Positions 34,933 to 44,868 of a stretch of 64,000 nt of DNA are shown here, piece after piece. Below the pieces are notes generated by a model. The model saw nothing but the letters and a program-made list of their open reading frames with translations. It did not search any database and was not told the origin of the DNA. The position numbers and the translations under genes were made by a program. The stretch is from a virus. The stretch lies in the IMG/VR virus record IMGVR_UViG_3300009008_002419, positions 1 through 64,000 of that record. One strand, written 5' to 3'. Every line of letters begins with the position of its first letter. The first letter of the stretch is position 1.

Positions 34933-37197
34933 TTATTTGTTCAAGGTATTAATTTGAGTTGCAACTTTTTCATCGTTATGGAGCGCGAAGATTCGGTTAA
35001 CGATCTTATCTTTGCCAACCTGCGCAGTGGATTTATCAACGATACAAATATAGCTACCGGTATTATAATCATAGACTCCACAACGGTTTGTATGGGCATC
35101 ATTGTTTTCAAGCTCTAAGAAATAGGTACCCTTTTTGCCGTCAATCTTATACCCTGTTCTCGTACTTCCACCAATCTGAGAAGTTTCAAGTTCAAGATTG
35201 AACATTTTAACAGTTTTGTTTAGAAGCTCTTCGCTCTTAGCGACTGCATTCTTAAAGGTTTCTGTAGCTTTTTCAATGATTCCTTTCATATCTTTGAGAT
35301 CAATGCCTTCAACAATATCTTCATTTAATAAGAGCTCAACCATATCAATTAAATTATTTTTATTTTCTATAGACAGAAAGCGATTAATAGCTTTAATAGT
35401 ATAGTTGTTTTTATTAATGACGACAGTGTTTTTCCCATCTTTCTTTTCCAGCAAGAATTTAATCTTTAGTTGTTTATTCTGGAGTTCATCAAAGATGGTT
35501 GCATCAACACCTAACTCGAGATATGAGTGTATTCGTAAAGAACACTTTTTTACTTCTTTTAAGAAGTAATCATAGTCTGTCTGATTTTGATAGCAGACAG
35601 CCCTTTCTAAACACTCTTGAACTTCACCTTTATTAATTCGGTGACCATTAATACGGTATGTAGTAACATAGTGTCCACGAGCATTTTGCTTTTCAACATG
35701 TTCAACCTTAAATTTAACAGAGCCTAATGTTCCCGCAATAGTACCATTGTGCTTGGCCATTATGTGAGAAATAAAGCCTGTCATAATATGATCAAAGTTA
35801 ACATGTTTAATATCACGAACTTCAGAAGCTCGTGTTAATAAATTTGAAAGCCACGTTTTTTCATTGCCCTCTGAAAAAGACAACTCTTCAGTTTCATATT
35901 TAACAGAGTCGGCAGTGATTACCATGTCGTTAAATTTGATTTCGCCTTTTTGTTCGGTCAAGTTTTTAAATAGTGTCTTTGCTTTTTTCTTAAGCTTCTC
36001 ACTAGCAACAGCTTCTTGCTTTTGTAGTGCCGCTTTTCTTAGCTCTCTATTTGTAATTCTATCAATAGAGTCATTATCGATTAGTACTACTTGTTCTTTT
36101 CTACCAAGTACAAATTCATTAAGTAAGTTGGCCGAGATTGTTTTGGGATCTTCGAGTTCAATGAACATCCCCACATTGTTTGCTAACTGACCCAAAGCAT
36201 TTGTACTAAATCTGTACATAAGTCTGCCTACGTCTAAATAGTCATAAAGATCAGGGTGATCTGCTTGAGTAAAAGAAGCTACTTTCCAGACCATTCCTGA
36301 AGTATCAGCATTATCATAACGCCTTGAGTAGGGATCTGATTCAAACGAGCCCGAAACAATAGTTCGTGTATTATCAAATTCTGCGACTAAGCCAATAACA
36401 GAATAAGTTGAGCTAGTTGCTATAATTTTAGCTACTGACGCATTCTCTACTTTTCCGCCATTAAGCTCTACTAAAGTTGTTTTACATTCAGGATGAAGTA
36501 ACTCAATAAAAGTTTTATACAACTCTAAGTGTGATGTTGTTTTTTCACTTGTTGGGTATAGTTGGAATGCTTTAGTATCAAAAAAGAAATTTTTATTATC
36601 AGTTATGTATTTTTTAAGCTTATCTAATAATCCATCTGATGTATTTGCAGTTGCTTCTAAGGGCGGAACTAGATTTAGAAAAGTTAGCCCCCCACTGTAA
36701 GTTTTCCCACTTACAAAAACCTGACTAAGCGTTTTTAACTCATTTAAGAATGTTTCAGTAAATTTTTTAAAGTTAATCTTTATTAATACTGAGTTTACTT
36801 GTACATCTTTATCGTTAGATTTCCCAATATGAAAGGTATCTAAAAATTGATTGATTGTGGGAGAATGTCCTTTAGCCCTTACATTATTTGCAAAGAAATA
36901 GTGGCCTTCACCTTCTGCAATATGTTTATCTAAAAACGTTTTATTTTCTGGAGATATACCTTCAAGAGCTACACCAAAAAAGTTGGTCGCTCCTTGATGA
37001 TATCTGTTATATAAAGGATTTATAACTAACAATAGTTTTGGTGATCTGTATAAATATACAAATCCTTGGTAGCCAAGTCGTTGGCCCGCTTTTGTAACAC
37101 GCTCTTTGATTTTAGGTAATTGTTTAATGATTTCATCAGACAATCCAAAATCATAGATAGCGTTAAATGCTTCTAGGTTTTTTTCAGAGATATTCAT
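34933..37197 (-). CDS. Large hypothetical protein of the Ubl operon
   Basis: 754 aa; C-terminal G.YICIVD Cys motif; AAGGA RBS. Confidence 0.6.
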   Translation of the reverse strand: MNISEKNLEAFNAIYDFGLSDEIIKQLPKIKERVTKAGQRLGYQGFVYLYRSPKLLLVINPLYNRYHQGATNFFGVALEGISPENKTFLDKHIAEGEGHYFFANNVRAKGHSPTINQFLDTFHIGKSNDKDVQVNSVLIKINFKKFTETFLNELKTLSQVFVSGKTYSGGLTFLNLVPPLEATANTSDGLLDKLKKYITDNKNFFFDTKAFQLYPTSEKTTSHLELYKTFIELLHPECKTTLVELNGGKVENASVAKIIATSSTYSVIGLVAEFDNTRTIVSGSFESDPYSRRYDNADTSGMVWKVASFTQADHPDLYDYLDVGRLMYRFSTNALGQLANNVGMFIELEDPKTISANLLNEFVLGRKEQVVLIDNDSIDRITNRELRKAALQKQEAVASEKLKKKAKTLFKNLTEQKGEIKFNDMVITADSVKYETEELSFSEGNEKTWLSNLLTRASEVRDIKHVNFDHIMTGFISHIMAKHNGTIAGTLGSVKFKVEHVEKQNARGHYVTTYRINGHRINKGEVQECLERAVCYQNQTDYDYFLKEVKKCSLRIHSYLELGVDATIFDELQNKQLKIKFLLEKKDGKNTVVINKNNYTIKAINRFLSIENKNNLIDMVELLLNEDIVEGIDLKDMKGIIEKATETFKNAVAKSEELLNKTVKMFNLELETSQIGGSTRTGYKIDGKKGTYFLELENNDAHTNRCGVYDYNTGSYICIVDKSTAQVGKDKIVNRIFALHNDEKVATQINTLNK

Positions 37198-37581
37198 TTA
37201 CGTTGAATCCTTTTCTTTAATAGTAGGTCGGCTTGTATTAAAGAAAGGTACGACGTTTTCAGTAAATTTATCACGCTGTGTGTTCAGACATGCTGTAACT
37301 AGATCTTGGATTACATGCACTAATTCAGGTCCTGAATAGTCTTTCGTAACTTTTTGCGCGATTTCCAATGCACTTTCTTCGATATGATCTTGCAAATTCC
37401 AATCACAGAATAAAGCAGGTTTAACTTTATTTGTGGTTTGCATATCTTTTTTGTTAAGTCGTGTGGTAAAGGTTGTCTTTCCACATCGCTTACACGTTGG
37501 GCGGTGGTCTTTAACTTGTGTATTCATAAAGTGCAAATAACCGCAATTAGTACATTTAATAAAACGTGTTCCAGTCTTCAT
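37198..37581 (-). CDS. Zinc-ribbon protein
   Basis: Start reassigned to ATG 37581 after TAGGA; CTNC..CKRC. Confidence 0.65.
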   Translation of the reverse strand: MKTGTRFIKCTNCGYLHFMNTQVKDHRPTCKRCGKTTFTTRLNKKDMQTTNKVKPALFCDWNLQDHIEESALEIAQKVTKDYSGPELVHVIQDLVTACLNTQRDKFTENVVPFFNTSRPTIKEKDST

Positions 37582-37618
37582 TTTGTTCCTAATAAATAAT
37601 ATTATTTTAAAATAAAAT

Positions 37619-37660
37619 AAACCCAACACAAGCCTGAAGAGGGACACCTGTGTTGGGTTT
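37619..37660. terminator. Inverted repeat with U tracts, terminator or attenuator
   Basis: AAACCCAACACA...TGTGTTGGGTTT perfect 12-bp arms. Confidence 0.7.
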
Positions 37661-37682
37661 TATTTTGAGACGATTTGTCTTC

Positions 37683-37697
37683 TATGTTCTTATACCA
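37683..37697 (-). promoter_or_regulatory. GGTATAAG-class promoter motif
   Basis: TGGTATAAG-AACATA-G just after the RNR stop. Confidence 0.6.
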
Positions 37698-37706
37698 AAA
37701 TTTTAA

Positions 37707-40700
37707 TTATTCTATTGTGCAGGTATCTCCATCACAATACTTTTCACCTTCTGCTTCTGAGCTTATATTAGTAAAATCTATTGGTTTTACCTTTTTAACT
37801 ACTTCGTTATAAGCTTCTTCTGAAATTGCCTCATAGGGTGCTTGCTCATAGCCATGCTCTGCTAAAGGTAGAAATGATACACTTTTCAAACGATCTTCAT
37901 ATAACTCTAAAGCGTTCTGTATATCGTTGGCTTCATTTTCTTTAAATGTAACAGTAACGCTTACTGAATTATCAGACCAGTATTGCTGGTATTTAGCGGC
38001 ATTTTCTAGTTGTTCCCATATTGATACATCATATTTAGATTTTTCAAAATACTTTTCTTTAACAGGAAATTCCACCACTTTTGTTGATCTTCCCGAGTCA
38101 TAGACATCATTCTCAACTTTGTACCCTGCTTTTTCTATTGCTGGAAGTAAAGGATCATTTACAGAAAAGCGGATGCGTCTTATATAAAATTCGGCTTCAG
38201 GATAATGAATTCCTGGGGTAGCTTGTGGCAACAAGCTCACGGAACCACTAGGTTTAACTGTAGTTGTTTTAATACTCTTAGGAATTGCTAACCAGTCAGA
38301 GAATTTCTTATCTAATTCTTGAATATAATTATAACCGTCGTTAGCCCATTGCAACATCGTTCGTCTACCGTGTTTATTGAAAGATTGAATAATACCACTT
38401 TGGCTTAATCCAATACGTCTGTTTTTAAGCATTCTAGCGTTTGTTTCTGGCCAATGGGTGTTTACTAAGGTAACACTCTTTCCGTACAGATATGCGAGTT
38501 TCAGGGTGTGTTTAAAGTCAGCATACGTATCATGTCTATGTGGGAAGGTTTCAACTAAATTGCAAAGTTCGCGATCTTCAAGGGTCTGTTCTCCACAATT
38601 CAAGTTATTGAAATATAACCACTTACGCTTATTATTTCTAGTTTTACCTTCAAAACCACCAATAAAAAAATTATGGAATTCATCTACAGTTCCATTGTAC
38701 ACAACGTCATTACCAACCAATTCGACAGAAACCACTCTGTGATTAAATGTTTCTGCTGCTTCTCTCAAAGATTTCCAGGAAGTAAATGGACTGCTCTTTC
38801 GACTAATTTCTGCACTAACTCCAAATTTTTTACAGGCAGTCTGCCATTCACTTTTTTGTGGAATACGCTTTAGATTAAACTTTAATTCTGTAAATATTTT
38901 AAGCTGTTTTAACCTAAGCTTTTCTCGTTTTTTGTCGTATGTGACTTTCATACCTTTTTTGCGATGTTCAATATGCTGTAAATTTATATTGCTTTGTTTT
39001 ATACTACAAAATTGGCACTGACTTTGCTCTCTTCGTTTGTACTCTAATATTAATCTTTTACTGCATTTTTCACAATTTTTAATGATCTTTACGTGACCAT
39101 CTATGATCTTGCAATTATATCCTTCATTAATCCATTTTTTGTAAGTTCGTACAGTACGTGGATCTAGGTTTGACATGTCTTCAAAATTACATTTTACTGC
39201 AGCCCATTTAGATAGTCCAAGAACTCCTCCTAAATGATCATTCCGCCATTTAGAAAATTGCTCAGGCAGATTGTTGGATTTTGCATATTCTTTCCACTCG
39301 TTGTTAGAAAATCGCCTCTCAATTTTTTTAGTAAGTTTTAATGCGTGCTGTTGTAACTCTTCATTAGTAACACCTGAGTAATTAGAGTTCTTTTCCCCAC
39401 TGCTATTGACAGAGTGCTTTTCTTTGTACCTTGCCCATTTCTCTTCAGACCATTCTGTTTGCGCTCGACGCATAGGATTACTATTTCCTTGCATTGCAAT
39501 TCCGTGTAATTTGTCATGATCTTTTTTTGTCATAATTTCAAGATTTAAAGGTCTATTATCTTCTGTATTAAAATTCTTATGATGAACAACGCACCCTTTT
39601 TTTATTTTAGTATTACTATAGAATTCTGCTATTAGCCTGTGTTCACAATTACTTACAACTCCAGGAGTATTTAACCAAAAATAATTTGCGTTAGGATTAT
39701 TTATTGGTGCTGCGACTTTAGTAGTAACCTTTAAACTATCTCCAACTTTAAGGTTCCTAGTTTCAATATAGTTTCCATCAGTGGTTAAGAACTTATGATT
39801 CTCTGTTACCTTAAGTGTGTTTCCATCATCCAAAGTTATTTTGTAAATAGGTTCGTTTTCTCCAGTAATTCGTGGATTACGCATAGTGCGTATGACTATT
39901 TTTCCTTTGGCATCAAAACAAAATACAGGAACATCTTTACCTTCTTCAGTCAATGTTTTAATTGATACATTACCTCTTCCATCAGCGGTATAAACTAAAG
40001 TATCTCCCGTAATACAAGGGTTTACACCCATACAATAACTGTCATCGTTTAGTTCTCCCATACGTCCATACTTACGAGCATTTTCTAACCACACATACCC
40101 AGGCTCACCTTGTTTAATAGTGTTAGCAACACATTGAGAATAATCCATTCCTACAGTCGCTGAAACAGAGTTATTTGAAGCATATCTATTAAATAAAAGT
40201 TTTTCTTGATCATGTTTTAATTCTAAATATTCGGTATCTAATGGATCACCAAGTGCTAATGAAGCTGAACGTCGTATGTTTCCAGCAATTACACATTTTG
40301 AAATATAAGTTTCAATATCAACAATATCACTCGAAGTTAAAAGTTCGTCTATACGTGAATTGAGTAATGTTTTGATATTTTGATGTAAATCTATTAAAGG
40401 TTGTGGACCACTTGCAGTTCCCCCAAAACCTTTAATAGGTTCTCCGAACGGTCTAATTTTTGAATAGTCAAATTTAGGTATTGACGTTCCTGTAAAATAA
40501 CCATTTAACACTAATCCTACTGACTCTACCCAACCTTCTCTGGAATCTGGAATTTCAAATACTAATCCATTCGTTTCTTTCGGCTCTTTTATTTTTAATT
40601 TATTTGCTCCTAAGGTATCAAACCCTACACCAACTCCTAACATTAAAGCATCGGTTATAAATTCAAAAATTTCACTGCCTCGTTCATTAATCTGTTCTGT

Positions 40701-41084
40701 AGAAGCAAATGCACAATTTAGAAGTCCAGCCCCAGAACGTCCAGTTACATAATCTGTGCCCATCATCCAAAGATTTCTTCCACTTGGAAGAAATTTAAAA
40801 TTCCAGATAGCATCGTACATTGCTTGGGCTGTTCGTTGTGACCTTGGATTATCCCAACGTAACCCATTTTTTGCTACATGTTCTTTTTGAATATTGAATA
40901 CGCCCTCGACTACACGTTTTACTGTTTCCCAGAACTCTTCTGTGGTACCATCTTCTTTACGTCTTGCGTAAGTTCGTTTATAAACTATATAACCAAGCGG
41001 ACCCCATTCAGGTTGCTTATTTTTATAGTTTTCAAGAAACTGATCAGACAGGTAAAATCGTCTATGTGTTGTCGGTTGAACCAA
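37707..41084 (-). CDS. nrdJ: Class II (B12-dependent) monomeric ribonucleoside-triphosphate reductase with intein
   Basis: YKRTYAR, PSGRNLW, NC, GVGVGFD, NP-intein-CGEQ, CNLVE, TVKPSG, C-terminal YCDGDTC. Confidence 0.93.
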   Translation of the reverse strand: MVQPTTHRRFYLSDQFLENYKNKQPEWGPLGYIVYKRTYARRKEDGTTEEFWETVKRVVEGVFNIQKEHVAKNGLRWDNPRSQRTAQAMYDAIWNFKFLPSGRNLWMMGTDYVTGRSGAGLLNCAFASTEQINERGSEIFEFITDALMLGVGVGFDTLGANKLKIKEPKETNGLVFEIPDSREGWVESVGLVLNGYFTGTSIPKFDYSKIRPFGEPIKGFGGTASGPQPLIDLHQNIKTLLNSRIDELLTSSDIVDIETYISKCVIAGNIRRSASLALGDPLDTEYLELKHDQEKLLFNRYASNNSVSATVGMDYSQCVANTIKQGEPGYVWLENARKYGRMGELNDDSYCMGVNPCITGDTLVYTADGRGNVSIKTLTEEGKDVPVFCFDAKGKIVIRTMRNPRITGENEPIYKITLDDGNTLKVTENHKFLTTDGNYIETRNLKVGDSLKVTTKVAAPINNPNANYFWLNTPGVVSNCEHRLIAEFYSNTKIKKGCVVHHKNFNTEDNRPLNLEIMTKKDHDKLHGIAMQGNSNPMRRAQTEWSEEKWARYKEKHSVNSSGEKNSNYSGVTNEELQQHALKLTKKIERRFSNNEWKEYAKSNNLPEQFSKWRNDHLGGVLGLSKWAAVKCNFEDMSNLDPRTVRTYKKWINEGYNCKIIDGHVKIIKNCEKCSKRLILEYKRREQSQCQFCSIKQSNINLQHIEHRKKGMKVTYDKKREKLRLKQLKIFTELKFNLKRIPQKSEWQTACKKFGVSAEISRKSSPFTSWKSLREAAETFNHRVVSVELVGNDVVYNGTVDEFHNFFIGGFEGKTRNNKRKWLYFNNLNCGEQTLEDRELCNLVETFPHRHDTYADFKHTLKLAYLYGKSVTLVNTHWPETNARMLKNRRIGLSQSGIIQSFNKHGRRTMLQWANDGYNYIQELDKKFSDWLAIPKSIKTTTVKPSGSVSLLPQATPGIHYPEAEFYIRRIRFSVNDPLLPAIEKAGYKVENDVYDSGRSTKVVEFPVKEKYFEKSKYDVSIWEQLENAAKYQQYWSDNSVSVTVTFKENEANDIQNALELYEDRLKSVSFLPLAEHGYEQAPYEAISEEAYNEVVKKVKPIDFTNISSEAEGEKYCDGDTCTIE
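38598..40016 (-). mobile_element. Intein (473 aa) with HNH endonuclease in the RNR active-site NPCxE motif
   Basis: CITGDTLV start, block B VTENHKF, EHR..VHHKNFN..DNR..NL, VYNGTVDEFHNF, ends NNLN before C. Confidence 0.92.
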
Positions 41085-41502
41085 ATCCTTGTGCCTCTCT
41101 TTCAGATTTCTTTAAATTTGATACTCGTAAGAGATCAAATTCAGGAACAGGTAAAATAACCATCTGCGCTATCTTATCTCCCTTTTTAATGTCAATTGGA
41201 TAATTACTGGTATTTGACATGATAATCATAATTTCACCACGATAGCCTGCATCAATAACACCTGCTTTTACAATAAGCTCGTTTCTGGAAGCTACTCCAC
41301 TTCTATCGAAAATTTTTCCAAAGTAACCCACAGGAATTTCAAAGGCGACATCTGTGTGAACTTGGCGTCTAGTTCTTCCAGGAATTTTAACATCGCGGGA
41401 AACGTACAGGTCAATTCCCGCGTCTCCATCGTATGCGCGAGTAGGTTCGGTGGCTGTCTTTTTATCCAGTAATTTATATTTTACTTGTAATTTTTCTGGC
41501 AT
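41062..41502 (-). CDS. dut: Trimeric dUTPase
   Basis: AGIDL, RSG, GVIDAGYRGEI, IAQMV, R...GFGST. Confidence 0.95.
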   Translation of the reverse strand: MPEKLQVKYKLLDKKTATEPTRAYDGDAGIDLYVSRDVKIPGRTRRQVHTDVAFEIPVGYFGKIFDRSGVASRNELIVKAGVIDAGYRGEIMIIMSNTSNYPIDIKKGDKIAQMVILPVPEFDLLRVSNLKKSEREAQGFGSTDNT

Positions 41503-41756
41503 TATTTATTCATTATGGTTGTAAGTACAATAGTATTAATAGGTATGTATGTTGGGAACATGACATTTATTGCTTCTAACTGGTCTGCATAGTCTTCACC
41601 GTATGCTTTAATCTCGTCGTCAGTTAATGGTAACAGCTCTAAAATGTGTTCAGTTATTCCTTCGCCAACTTTACCAGCTAAAGTAAAATTGAGCTCAGGT
41701 CCGCTATCAGTAAATACCTGGATTTTATAGCCAGGCTTAATTTCAGGAATTATCAT
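41502..41756 (-). CDS. Hypothetical protein
   Basis: Overlaps both neighbours. Confidence 0.55.
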   Translation of the reverse strand: MIIPEIKPGYKIQVFTDSGPELNFTLAGKVGEGITEHILELLPLTDDEIKAYGEDYADQLEAINVMFPTYIPINTIVLTTIMNK

Positions 41757-42207
41757 CTATTATTTTCTCCATATAATTATCAATATCCACAAGCCATTCT
41801 TTTTTAAATTCACTTAATGGTATTGATTTTCGTGTTTCTTCAAACATGTATCGATGTACAAGTGAAATAGGTGTTATAAATGCTTTGTTTTCATAGACTT
41901 TTTTAAAATGTATTAGGAAGAAAGCAATACCACCAAGATCTTCTACTAATTCAAGATAATGTAGTTGATGTTGGTGGATATTTTTTAAAGGAAACGAAGT
42001 TTTATTTTGGGTCTCTTTTGCATCATATGCGACAAATTTTCCGCCTGCAATTAAACCCGTAAAATCTACGGTTGACGAGCTAGCTATGAGCCCTTTCTTT
42101 GTTAATATTATAGGCGTTGCTACCTTAAGAATCAAGGCTTTTTTATCTTTTCTGTAAGAAAAATTTGCTTTATTAGCGCGCTTTTCGAGTTCGTTTCCGC
42201 CGGGCAT
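41743..42207 (-). CDS. recU: RecU Holliday junction resolvase
   Basis: G..LE, K..TP, STVDF.G, YDAKET, FPLKNI..HQ, GGIAF. Confidence 0.9.
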   Translation of the reverse strand: MPGGNELEKRANKANFSYRKDKKALILKVATPIILTKKGLIASSSTVDFTGLIAGGKFVAYDAKETQNKTSFPLKNIHQHQLHYLELVEDLGGIAFFLIHFKKVYENKAFITPISLVHRYMFEETRKSIPLSEFKKEWLVDIDNYMEKIIDDNS

Positions 42208-42209
42208 AA

Positions 42210-43004
42210 TTATTTCAAATCAAGTAATAGGGTTTCAATTTCATTAAATACTCGTTTAACGGGCGGTTGCCAGTCATGGTCGCCTACAAATACTACAGGT
42301 GTGTTTAAGGGATTCCAGACTTTCTCGTACCGAGCTTTATTATCAATCGCCCATCCATGCTGTTGAGCCCATACAATATGAGGTATGCCACATAAGCTGC
42401 CAAGATGCATAGGTCCACTTGACGGTCCAATAAGTAGACTACTACTAGCAAGGATATTAGTTAATTCTTCTAAGGCTAAACCACGAAGATCTGTAGTTCT
42501 CCTCATGTGTAAAGATGCATTTGGGGAACCTATACATCCAATACTTAGCTCTTGCCCATAATGATCTTTGAGTTGATTAATTAAATTTTCCCAATTTTCT
42601 TTAGGCCAGTTTCTAACATCTGTTTGGTGTTTACTCGTTGATCTTGCATGGATTAGAAGGTCGTAGTGAAGTTCGTTTGAGAGGTGACCATAGTTAACAA
42701 ATTCATGTTTTTGTGTCCTATATGAATCTGGAGAAATCCACAGGTCTCTTTTACCTATAAATTTCTTATGAATATTATCATATTCATAACCATGTAGTCT
42801 ATGCATATCAGTTTGTGTTTGCTCAGGATCGTTAGGAATAAACTGAGTCATAAAATCCTGATAAAGAACTTCATGACCACTGTGACTAGAAATAATAATT
42901 TCATCATAATATTTTTGTCTGGCCATATGTCTCACATAACCCTGAAATCCAAATAATTCCCACCCAAATTCTCCTATCCAGGGACCTGCAAAAAGTTTAG
43001 CCAC
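42210..43004 (-). CDS. GT9-like glycosyltransferase
   Basis: RNWP..NW, DLRG..L, SSGPMHL; GTG start overlapping upstream TAG. Confidence 0.75.
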   Translation of the reverse strand: MAKLFAGPWIGEFGWELFGFQGYVRHMARQKYYDEIIISSHSGHEVLYQDFMTQFIPNDPEQTQTDMHRLHGYEYDNIHKKFIGKRDLWISPDSYRTQKHEFVNYGHLSNELHYDLLIHARSTSKHQTDVRNWPKENWENLINQLKDHYGQELSIGCIGSPNASLHMRRTTDLRGLALEELTNILASSSLLIGPSSGPMHLGSLCGIPHIVWAQQHGWAIDNKARYEKVWNPLNTPVVFVGDHDWQPPVKRVFNEIETLLLDLK

Positions 43005-44143
43005 TACCAGCCTTCCTTCATGATAGATACAATAAATTCTCTTTGTTCTTTTGTTACCCACCAGCCAACAGGAATTGAAATTAATTTTTGTTGAACTTCA
43101 TTTAAATTGGGTAATAAGGTTTTGAAGTTACTAACACAAGAATGTATATCATTTCTTTCGTGTACTTGACTTACCATAATATTATTTTGTTTCATTTTAA
43201 GCATAAAGTCAGTTTTCCTTTCTACTAACAGGCTATACAACCAAAAGGAAGAATTCATAGTTGAGTTGCGCTCTAATAAAGTTACATCTTTTATGCCTAC
43301 TAATTCCTTATCATAGAAAGCTGCATTATTTCTTTGTTTATTAACAATCTCATCTAAATGTTTAAAGTTTTCTTTCCCTATTGAGGCATTTACATCATTC
43401 ATGTGAAATTTAAAACCCCATTCTGAAATATCTTCTTCACATCTAAAATCTTTTCGATTTGAGTCACGATTAATACCATACCACCTAAGTAATTTGGCTC
43501 GCTTATGATATTCAAGGGTAGGTGAAATAAGAATTCCTCCATCAACTGCAGTTATATGCTTTATTGCTTGTAGACTGAAAGTACAAAAATTGTTATGGCT
43601 ATATCCTAAGGGTTCTCCTTTATAGGTACTTCCCATTGCGTGAGCGCAATCTTCAATAACCATGGGTCTAAAACCAAAGGTTACTTGTGCTCGATTTTGT
43701 ATATCTACAATTTTGTCTAAGTCAATGGGGTACCCTCCCCAATGAACCACGAATATAACTTTCGTATGCTTAGTTATTTTTCGTTCTAAATCAGTAAGAT
43801 CCATATTTAAATTATTCTTATCAATATCAACCCATTTAATGTTTAAGTTATTTGCTAGAACTGGCCAGTTTGTTGCAGTACATGTTAGTGGGGTACATAG
43901 AACTTCATCACCTTCTTGTAATCCTGGCCAAGTACTACTCTCTCTTTTAAGTAGATGAAGGGCTAGATGTTCAGCGGAGGTTGCTGCATTAGTTGTAGCT
44001 ACTAAATTATTTTTGAAGTGTTTTTTTAAATCAGCTTCAAATTCTTTTACTATAGGGCCTTGCCCTATAAACCCACTTCGTAAAACGTTTGCGGATGCTT
44101 CAATTGCCGCCTCTGACATATAAACTTTAAAAAGTGGTATCAT
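43004..44143 (-). CDS. DegT/DnrJ/StrS sugar aminotransferase
   Basis: GP.V.EFE, VHWGG, IEDCAHA, FSLQAIKHIT..DGG. Confidence 0.93.
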   Translation of the reverse strand: MIPLFKVYMSEAAIEASANVLRSGFIGQGPIVKEFEADLKKHFKNNLVATTNAATSAEHLALHLLKRESSTWPGLQEGDEVLCTPLTCTATNWPVLANNLNIKWVDIDKNNLNMDLTDLERKITKHTKVIFVVHWGGYPIDLDKIVDIQNRAQVTFGFRPMVIEDCAHAMGSTYKGEPLGYSHNNFCTFSLQAIKHITAVDGGILISPTLEYHKRAKLLRWYGINRDSNRKDFRCEEDISEWGFKFHMNDVNASIGKENFKHLDEIVNKQRNNAAFYDKELVGIKDVTLLERNSTMNSSFWLYSLLVERKTDFMLKMKQNNIMVSQVHERNDIHSCVSNFKTLLPNLNEVQQKLISIPVGWWVTKEQREFIVSIMKEGW

Positions 44144-44868
44144 TTTAAATCCTTAATTTTAGTTAAGTCCATACGAATATCACATGGAATATATTCAGTC
44201 GCTGTCTTCCGCGACACAGATTTTATATTTGGTTTACTTGCTTTAGCAAATTCATACACAGTTTTGTAATTTGATGATCCTAGATTGATAATCCCCTCTT
44301 CATTATTTTTAATTAGTTGAATAATAATGGGTGCAGCCTCATCTACATAAATAGACGATTTTTGAAAATCAAAAAAAGCTTGATCATGTCTAAAGGGTCT
44401 TGGATAATGTGCACTGCGAATTATAAGATGTTTGGGCACAGCTCTTACCGAACACTCTCCGCCTAATTTAGACCAAGCGTAATCATTTATAGGCAATAGA
44501 GGATCGGTTTCCTTGTAGGGGCCCTTAGTTCCAGGGTATACATAATCAGTTGATATGTATATTAATTTGATATTATATTGAATACAAGTTAGCGCTAAAT
44601 TTGCAGTTGCAATTATGTTTGTTTGAATACTAATTTCTGGAGAAATTGTGTGTTGTTTCATAGGCGCAGTCAACGCTGCAGTATGTAAAACAATGTCTGG
44701 AATATTAAGTTTAATGTGTGACTGTAATGCAATGTTATCTGTAATGTCTAAATCATTTTTTGGAACAAATTTAAAAGCAACGTTTTGATCATTTAGTTTT
44801 TTTAATTCTGTAGCTAGTAGTCCATTTCCACCAGTTACTAGCACTCTTATTTGTTTTCTGTTGTCCAT
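44140..44868 (-). CDS. RmlD-like NDP-sugar reductase
   Basis: TGGNGLL, ISTDYVY.G, YAWSK. Confidence 0.88.
   Translation of the reverse strand: MDNRKQIRVLVTGGNGLLATELKKLNDQNVAFKFVPKNDLDITDNIALQSHIKLNIPDIVLHTAALTAPMKQHTISPEISIQTNIIATANLALTCIQYNIKLIYISTDYVYPGTKGPYKETDPLLPINDYAWSKLGGECSVRAVPKHLIIRSAHYPRPFRHDQAFFDFQKSSIYVDEAAPIIIQLIKNNEEGIINLGSSNYKTVYEFAKASKPNIKSVSRKTATEYIPCDIRMDLTKIKDLK

Noticed and set aside
37582-37647. N-terminal extension of ORF 37198..37647
   Set aside because: It runs through the inverted repeat; a better RBS and ATG lie at 37581
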